A stretch of DNA of 64,000 bases from a virus: IMG/VR virus record IMGVR_UViG_3300017744_000003, positions 1 through 64,000 of that record; one strand, 5' to 3'. This document shows, piece after piece, positions 58,903-64,000 of the stretch. The number at the start of each line of letters is the position of its first letter. The first letter of the stretch is position 1. A model generated the notes under the pieces. It saw nothing but the letters and a program-made list of their open reading frames with translations, was not told the origin of the DNA and searched no databases. A program made the position numbers and the translations under genes.

Positions 58903-60330
58903 ATGAGATGGTTAAGAAGAAGTGAAGCAGCCGAAGCTCTAGGTATCAAAAGACGCGCAGTACGAACTCTAGCAGACAAGGGCGAAATACCCACTAGGTA
59001 TGAAGGCAGGATAAAACTGTACTGCATATCAGACGATATGCTGAATAAGCCTGTTAAAGAAGTAGATGAGTTTTTTGAACAAAGTTCGGATAAGTATATC
59101 TTTGATCCTGTTAAAGACACTTACTTATTTTTTGGTCTACCTAATCAACCTCCCATAGTAAAAGTACCCAGAACTAGAATAGACTCTTTGATCAGTGATT
59201 ATTCAAACGAAGCGGGCGGCGCAACTGTCAATCAGTTATCTGTTCGTTATGAGCTTTCAAGAGCTACGATAAAAGCCATACTTAATTGGTTAGGTAAAAC
59301 CCATGACTCAGCGCCTTTCTCTGATGAAACACTAGAGCATAGTAATGAAGAAGACTTAGCCTCATCTGTGTTAAGAGCTAAAGAGCAGCGAGTCTTAGTT
59401 AAAGCTCAGAAAAAAAGACTTAATCGCCATGAAAACTATCTTAATCAAGTAGACCTTGTTAAACACTATATTAATGAAGTGTATTCTATCGTTGGGGATA
59501 TAGACTTAAAGGGTTCTAAGCCTAAGAAGCGCAAACTTGCTAAAGAAGCCAAGGAATATGTAGCCGTGTTAGGTTTGACGGACTTGCACATAGGTAAACG
59601 AGGAGTAGACGGTTACAACTCAGAAGTAGCTTCTAAAAGAGCGATAAACACCGTCACCAAAGCAACTGCTTTAGCCCAAGGTTCATGGGGTATACCTGAT
59701 TATTGGGTCATCACTTGTGGTTCCGATATGCTTCATGTGGATAACTACCAGGGTACTACTCAAAAGGGTACGCCGATGGACACTGACGTAGACCCTGTAG
59801 AAATGATGGCGATCGCTTATAGAACTATGGAGACTATCGTCTTACTACTTCAAGAGACTGCTCCTGTGAAAGTGGTGGCAATGACGGGTAACCATGACCG
59901 TATGCTGAGTGCTCTACTAGGTATGATGATAGACGCAAGATTCAACGACGACCCAAGAATAGAAGTTGTTGATGGTAGCCGAGGTAGCGCTTACATTAGG
60001 TATGGCGCTAGTTTGTTAGGCTTTAATCATGGTGACTCTATAAAGCCAGATAAGTTACCTAGTATAATGTCTGCGGAAAGACCGGAAGATTGGGGTGCTT
60101 GTAAAGGTAACTGGGATTGGTTTTGTGGTCATCTTCACTCTTTGATCTTAAAAGTGAGTGAACATAACGGTTGTAGAGTATGGACTATGCCTGCGCTCAG
60201 TGGTACGGATAGATGGCACAAGTTAAACGGCTATGCTTTTAATAGGAAACAACTAGCAATGTTTAGGGTAGAGCCTAACAATGGTGTAGTAGCAGTAGAA
60301 CTAATCGAGGGTAAAGATAAAGATGGATAA
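58903..60330 (+). CDS. calcineurin-like metallophosphoesterase with N-terminal HTH
   Basis: TDLHIG, GSDMLHVD, GNHD, HGD, GHLH; N-terminal EAAEALGIKRRAVRTL. Confidence 0.85.
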   Translation: MRWLRRSEAAEALGIKRRAVRTLADKGEIPTRYEGRIKLYCISDDMLNKPVKEVDEFFEQSSDKYIFDPVKDTYLFFGLPNQPPIVKVPRTRIDSLISDYSNEAGGATVNQLSVRYELSRATIKAILNWLGKTHDSAPFSDETLEHSNEEDLASSVLRAKEQRVLVKAQKKRLNRHENYLNQVDLVKHYINEVYSIVGDIDLKGSKPKKRKLAKEAKEYVAVLGLTDLHIGKRGVDGYNSEVASKRAINTVTKATALAQGSWGIPDYWVITCGSDMLHVDNYQGTTQKGTPMDTDVDPVEMMAIAYRTMETIVLLLQETAPVKVVAMTGNHDRMLSALLGMMIDARFNDDPRIEVVDGSRGSAYIRYGASLLGFNHGDSIKPDKLPSIMSAERPEDWGACKGNWDWFCGHLHSLILKVSEHNGCRVWTMPALSGTDRWHKLNGYAFNRKQLAMFRVEPNNGVVAVELIEGKDKDG

Positions 60331-60970
60331 AACAGTTTTAGACAAAGGCTTTGTACGCTTAGTAGACGTTATGGGTTCTGATATGAGTGTTGTTAACTCT
60401 GCTCGTATTAGCTTCGCCAAAGAAGTGACGGATATAGGTGATCGAGATGAGAAGCTAATAAAGTACTTATGGGAACATCGTCATACGAGCCCCTTTAGGC
60501 ATGCTACCTTGCAGTTCCATGTTAAAGCGCCTCTATTTGTTCTTAGACAGTGGATGAAGCACCAAATAGGTTGTTCTTGGAACGAAGTGTCCGGCAGGTA
60601 TGTAAAGTTTGATAATGCTGACTTTTATATGCCTAGCGTATGGCGAGAACAGCATGAATCAAATAAACAAGGTTCAAAGGGTTCTATTGAGAGTCAAGAG
60701 AGTGCAAATCTTTTTTACCAGGACTCTATGCGGCTAGCTGTTACTCGTTATAAAAACTTACTTGACCTTGGGGTGTGTAAAGAGCAAGCGCGTATGGTTT
60801 TGCCTCTTTCCATGTATACTGAGTGTTATTGGACAGCTAGTCTTCAAGCGATCATGCACTTCTTAGAATTAAGAGAAGACTCCCATTCACAATGGGAAAT
60901 CCAACAATACGCAGTAGCAATAAGAGAACTTGCTTTAGAACATTTCCCTATTAGTTTAAGTCTACACTAG
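60323..60970 (+). CDS. thyX: flavin-dependent thymidylate synthase
   Basis: VVNSARISF, HTSPF, RQWMKH---SWNEVSGRY, EQARMVLP, FLELR---HSQWEI. Confidence 0.96.
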   Translation: MDKTVLDKGFVRLVDVMGSDMSVVNSARISFAKEVTDIGDRDEKLIKYLWEHRHTSPFRHATLQFHVKAPLFVLRQWMKHQIGCSWNEVSGRYVKFDNADFYMPSVWREQHESNKQGSKGSIESQESANLFYQDSMRLAVTRYKNLLDLGVCKEQARMVLPLSMYTECYWTASLQAIMHFLELREDSHSQWEIQQYAVAIRELALEHFPISLSLH

Positions 60971-61018
60971 TCTTATTTCTGCTAAAATCTCTCGTACCAA
61001 ATAACGAGAGGGGATTAT

Positions 61019-61882
61019 ATGTTTGATCTAGCAAAACTGACAGTTGAGCCTAGAGATATTGACCTATTTTATAAGCAAGGATTCTTAGAAAATGAGGAGG
61101 CGCAGAAGTTATCAAACTACTTCTTTTGCCTTAAGACAGAGAGTGGACAGCAAAGCGCATTAGGTTATTACAATGATGAGAAAGATTGCTTAGAGTTGTT
61201 GAAAACAAAGGACTTAGTGTATCAAGGATTCAAGCCAAAAGATGGTGCTCAAGCGTGTATGTTTTGGGCATTAAAGCACTTAGATCTTGTGGTTGCTCTT
61301 GGTGCTGCGGGTACCGGCAAAACGACCGTTGCTTTAGCTTATGCCCTTAACGAAGTCTTCCGTAATGGGAAGGATCTTGTTTTGTGTAAACCTACTACTT
61401 TTGTTGGACAAAAGAGTAATGCGATAGCAGCTATACCTGGGGACCACAGAGAAAAGTTAGAAGGCTACATGGATTCTTACTTTACTGCGATGAAGAAGAT
61501 CATCGGTGAGACGTTTGAACACCACCTCTTTCAGCTAGAAGAAGAGGGGCGTATCCAGTTTAAGCCCTTTGAGTTACTAAGAGGTCAACACTTTGAGAAT
61601 GCTATTGTTATTATTGACGAAGCGCAAAATACAACGCCTCATGAGTTGTTAACCGCTATTAGTCGTGTAGGCAATCACTGTACTCTTATCATTATGGGAG
61701 ATCCCGACCAAGTAGACTCAGGGCTTGCCCATGATGAGACCGGTCTTTGGGAACTGATAAACAGTCATGCTTTCTTAGATTGTCCTTTTGCAGTAGGTGT
61801 TAAGTTAACCGCTCAGTATCGAGGCCCAATGGCGCAACTAGCTCAAGAGGTTATCGAGGAACTTAGAGACCGAGAAAAATAA
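61019..61882 (+). CDS. phoH: PhoH-family ATPase
   Basis: GAAGTGKT, IPGD--EK, LRGQHF, IIDEAQN, SRVG, GDPDQVD. Confidence 0.92.
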   Translation: MFDLAKLTVEPRDIDLFYKQGFLENEEAQKLSNYFFCLKTESGQQSALGYYNDEKDCLELLKTKDLVYQGFKPKDGAQACMFWALKHLDLVVALGAAGTGKTTVALAYALNEVFRNGKDLVLCKPTTFVGQKSNAIAAIPGDHREKLEGYMDSYFTAMKKIIGETFEHHLFQLEEEGRIQFKPFELLRGQHFENAIVIIDEAQNTTPHELLTAISRVGNHCTLIIMGDPDQVDSGLAHDETGLWELINSHAFLDCPFAVGVKLTAQYRGPMAQLAQEVIEELRDREK

Positions 61883-61918
61883 TTAAAATAGTTGTTGAAA
61901 ACTTGTTTAAGGTAGGTT

Positions 61919-62332
61919 ATGTATGGTTGGTCAATAAGGACGCGCCATAAGACTTTTGAGTCAGAAACGAGAAGATACATGAAATACTTACCTTACCAAA
62001 AACAAGAAATAGAGACTATTGCACTTCGTCTTTCTCATGTTGATCACAAGATTTCGGCAACCCGCTGTAATCACCATGATAAAGAGATGCTTCTTCGTAA
62101 ACTTTGGGACACAGACACCGCACTAAGCGGGATTGACATTGAAGAAGTCATTGAAAACCACATGAACTTGATTGATATATACGCGATTGACTACGTCGTT
62201 GAATACGGAGCGGGTGAAGAAACTTTTGAATGGGTGGAGACTTTCGCTAAAATGAGTCACTGTTTAATCTTCGGCGTAAAGCGTGACCTCGGTCTTTGGC
62301 GCTGTGTTTCTAAAGGATATAATGAGGTTTAA
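61919..62332 (+). CDS. hypothetical protein
   Basis: Clean ORF; start could be 61979. Confidence 0.55.
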   Translation: MYGWSIRTRHKTFESETRRYMKYLPYQKQEIETIALRLSHVDHKISATRCNHHDKEMLLRKLWDTDTALSGIDIEEVIENHMNLIDIYAIDYVVEYGAGEETFEWVETFAKMSHCLIFGVKRDLGLWRCVSKGYNEV

Positions 62333-62333
62333 A

Positions 62334-62720
62334 ATGAAAAACCCATACCCAATGGTTGTTCCCTCTGGGTTCTCAGTAGAGAAGAAGAGAGAGTATTACC
62401 TAAATATTCTTTCTGAGTTTACTGAAGAGCAAAGAAAAGAGTGGGACTCTATTGTTCTTGAGAACAAGGTTACTGATACTTCTTCTAACTTTTGGTGTTC
62501 TTTAATACTCTACTATAAAATTACGATGAGTGTATTAAAAGATATTCAATCACTTCACATCGAGTTTGATGGCGAGTTAGAAGACGTTAGAGGTCATGTC
62601 AATTGGTCACCTGATACTAACTGGAGAGAGCGATGGATTAAAGCCAACGGTATTCTCATGCAAGACATTGATCGTTTTAACCTACACAGAGATACATACT
62701 CAGATAAGGACTGGTATTGA
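62334..62720 (+). CDS. hypothetical protein
   Basis: GAGGT RBS before ATG 62334. Confidence 0.55.
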   Translation: MKNPYPMVVPSGFSVEKKREYYLNILSEFTEEQRKEWDSIVLENKVTDTSSNFWCSLILYYKITMSVLKDIQSLHIEFDGELEDVRGHVNWSPDTNWRERWIKANGILMQDIDRFNLHRDTYSDKDWY

Positions 62721-62723
62721 TAC

Positions 62724-62909
62724 ATGGTATATGAACAAGCACTAAAGTTCATAAACAAAGAAGTATTTGGCATAACTAAAGATCAGCTTGTTATAAGAGG
62801 TAGGCTAACTGAGGTAAATAAAGACGGTTACGCCATCATAGTTGTTCATAACACAATCCCTGTTAGGGAATATAAGACGCATATAAAATATGTGTTCCCG
62901 CAGAAATGA
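62724..62909 (+). CDS. small hypothetical protein
   Basis: ATGA overlap with the methyltransferase start. Confidence 0.5.
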   Translation: MVYEQALKFINKEVFGITKDQLVIRGRLTEVNKDGYAIIVVHNTIPVREYKTHIKYVFPQK

Positions 62910-64000
62910 CTAGAAAGAAAATTAATGTGGATACTACCAAAAACCTTACCCATATTTCCCTCTGTGCAGGATACGGGGGGATTGATCTCGGACTTTCAAG
63001 AGCTATCGGAGCAGTTAGAACAGTCTGTTTTGTGGAGATCGAAGCCTTCGTCATCGAAAACTTGGTCGCGAAGATTGAAGCGGGACTGCTCGACACCTCG
63101 CCTATTTTCACAGATCTTAAAGCCTTCCCTTGGGAACTCTATAATGGAAAAGTGGATATCCTCAGTGGAGGGTTCCCTTGCCAACCATTTAGTGCCGCAG
63201 GAAGACGTAAAGGAAGCGAAGATCCTCGACACTTGTGGCCTTACATCACAGACGGAATCAAGCGCCTTGGAAGACCTTCCATTGTTTTCTTTGAAAACGT
63301 CGAGGGAATCATCTCCTCAAAACTCAAGGGAGACGATTGGGCAGATCCGGAAGGAACGTCTGTTCTGCACCATGTCCTTAAAGAGTTGGAACGCTTGGGT
63401 TACAAAGCAACGGCGGGAGTATTCAGTGCGCGTGAAGTTGGCGCGCCACACCAAAGAAAGCGAGTTTTTATTCTTGGTGTCAGAGATGACTTCGGAGAGT
63501 CGGGATTGGAATTTATATCGTCAATGCTCAGAGGTACAGGAACAGATGCGAAATTGGCCTACCCCGCATCAAGAGGCGCAGAACAGTACGCATGGGAGCC
63601 AAGGAGAGTTACAGTGGGCAACGCCGGCACAAGCAGATCACAAACTGTATCACATGAGCATCGAAGCTATGACAGTGAGATTAAATACAAAGAGACAGTT
63701 GGGTCTGCCAGGTCATGTGCATCAAACAGAACAGAAGCGTTGGAGGCGATCAGTTTCGATAGATCGGAAAGGCCCTTGTCCGAAAGCACCGCAAGAACAA
63801 AAGGAAGTAAACTGGGCAACGCCGATGGCGGGGACAAAGGATCACATGGGGTCGAGTTTAGAATATTACCAACGCAGGTCACAAATAGGGAAGCAAGTGG
63901 ACTTGAATGGACAGGTGATGTTGGAGAAGGATTGGACCACACCAATCAGCAGGGATTGTTACGAGATTGTGATGAACCACCAAATACCAATCCGAAAAGA
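62906..64000 (+). CDS. dcm: DNA cytosine-C5 methyltransferase (3' end beyond window; absent from ORF track)
   Basis: Hand translation: SLCAGYGGID (motif I), GGFPCQPFS (IV), FFENVEG (VI), PHQRKRVF (VIII); no stop to the edge; start is ATG 62906 or GTG 62927. Confidence 0.92.
   Translation, partial: MTRKKINVDTTKNLTHISLCAGYGGIDLGLSRAIGAVRTVCFVEIEAFVIENLVAKIEAGLLDTSPIFTDLKAFPWELYNGKVDILSGGFPCQPFSAAGRRKGSEDPRHLWPYITDGIKRLGRPSIVFFENVEGIISSKLKGDDWADPEGTSVLHHVLKELERLGYKATAGVFSAREVGAPHQRKRVFILGVRDDFGESGLEFISSMLRGTGTDAKLAYPASRGAEQYAWEPRRVTVGNAGTSRSQTVSHEHRSYDSEIKYKETVGSARSCASNRTEALEAISFDRSERPLSESTARTKGSKLGNADGGDKGSHGVEFRILPTQVTNREASGLEWTGDVGEGLDHTNQQGLLRDCDEPPNTNPKR
62925..64000 (+). CDS. overlapping +1-frame ORF inside dcm (putative beta subunit with WxTP repeats)
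   Basis: Hand translation shows no stop from ATG 62925 to the edge; WPTP, WATP, WATP, WTTP repeats after about 63550. Confidence 0.7.
   Translation, partial: MWILPKTLPIFPSVQDTGGLISDFQELSEQLEQSVLWRSKPSSSKTWSRRLKRDCSTPRLFSQILKPSLGNSIMEKWISSVEGSLANHLVPQEDVKEAKILDTCGLTSQTESSALEDLPLFSLKTSRESSPQNSRETIGQIRKERLFCTMSLKSWNAWVTKQRREYSVRVKLARHTKESEFLFLVSEMTSESRDWNLYRQCSEVQEQMRNWPTPHQEAQNSTHGSQGELQWATPAQADHKLYHMSIEAMTVRLNTKRQLGLPGHVHQTEQKRWRRSVSIDRKGPCPKAPQEQKEVNWATPMAGTKDHMGSSLEYYQRRSQIGKQVDLNGQVMLEKDWTTPISRDCYEIVMNHQIPIRK

Noticed and set aside
374-63945. Other minus-strand ORFs and short alternative-frame + ORFs in the track
   Set aside because: They lie over well-supported + strand genes, lack motifs, and contradict the uniform gene orientation
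1-64000. Stop-codon reassignment or tRNA genes
   Set aside because: Genes are intact in the standard code and end in TAA, TAG and TGA; no cloverleaf was seen by eye in the short intergenic gaps (tRNAscan not run)

Overview
This 64 kb window is part of a large tailed dsDNA phage with a contractile tail (myovirus). It is densely coding and every credible gene is on the + strand. Bases 1-39.7 kb hold the morphogenesis module: terminase, portal, MuF-like head protein, scaffold, capsid, neck, sheath, tube, tail chaperone with a -1 frameshift, tape measure, an eCIS-like baseplate, holin plus a probable spanin pair, and collagen and other fibre genes. Bases 40.1-64 kb hold replication, recombination and nucleotide genes: Rep-like initiator, DnaC-like loader, DnaB, primase, SSB, PolA, SF2 helicase, RecA, resolvase, ParB, Cas4-like nuclease, SpoVS, NrdJ, metallophosphoesterase, ThyX, PhoH and a C5 methyltransferase running off the edge. 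Signals the ORF track does not explain: (1) an exact 12-mer AGTTGTTGAAAA found at least 13 times in both orientations and several reading frames; (2) an iteron-like 13-bp repeat array with a perfect 30-bp palindrome at 55.4 kb, whose sequence recurs at the replication-operon promoter; (3) three copies of an AT-rich inverted-repeat element directly before gene starts; (4) a GGGTTTT frameshift product; (5) over 1 kb of dual-frame coding in the methyltransferase gene. All protein calls come from motif recognition and synteny by eye; no searches were run.
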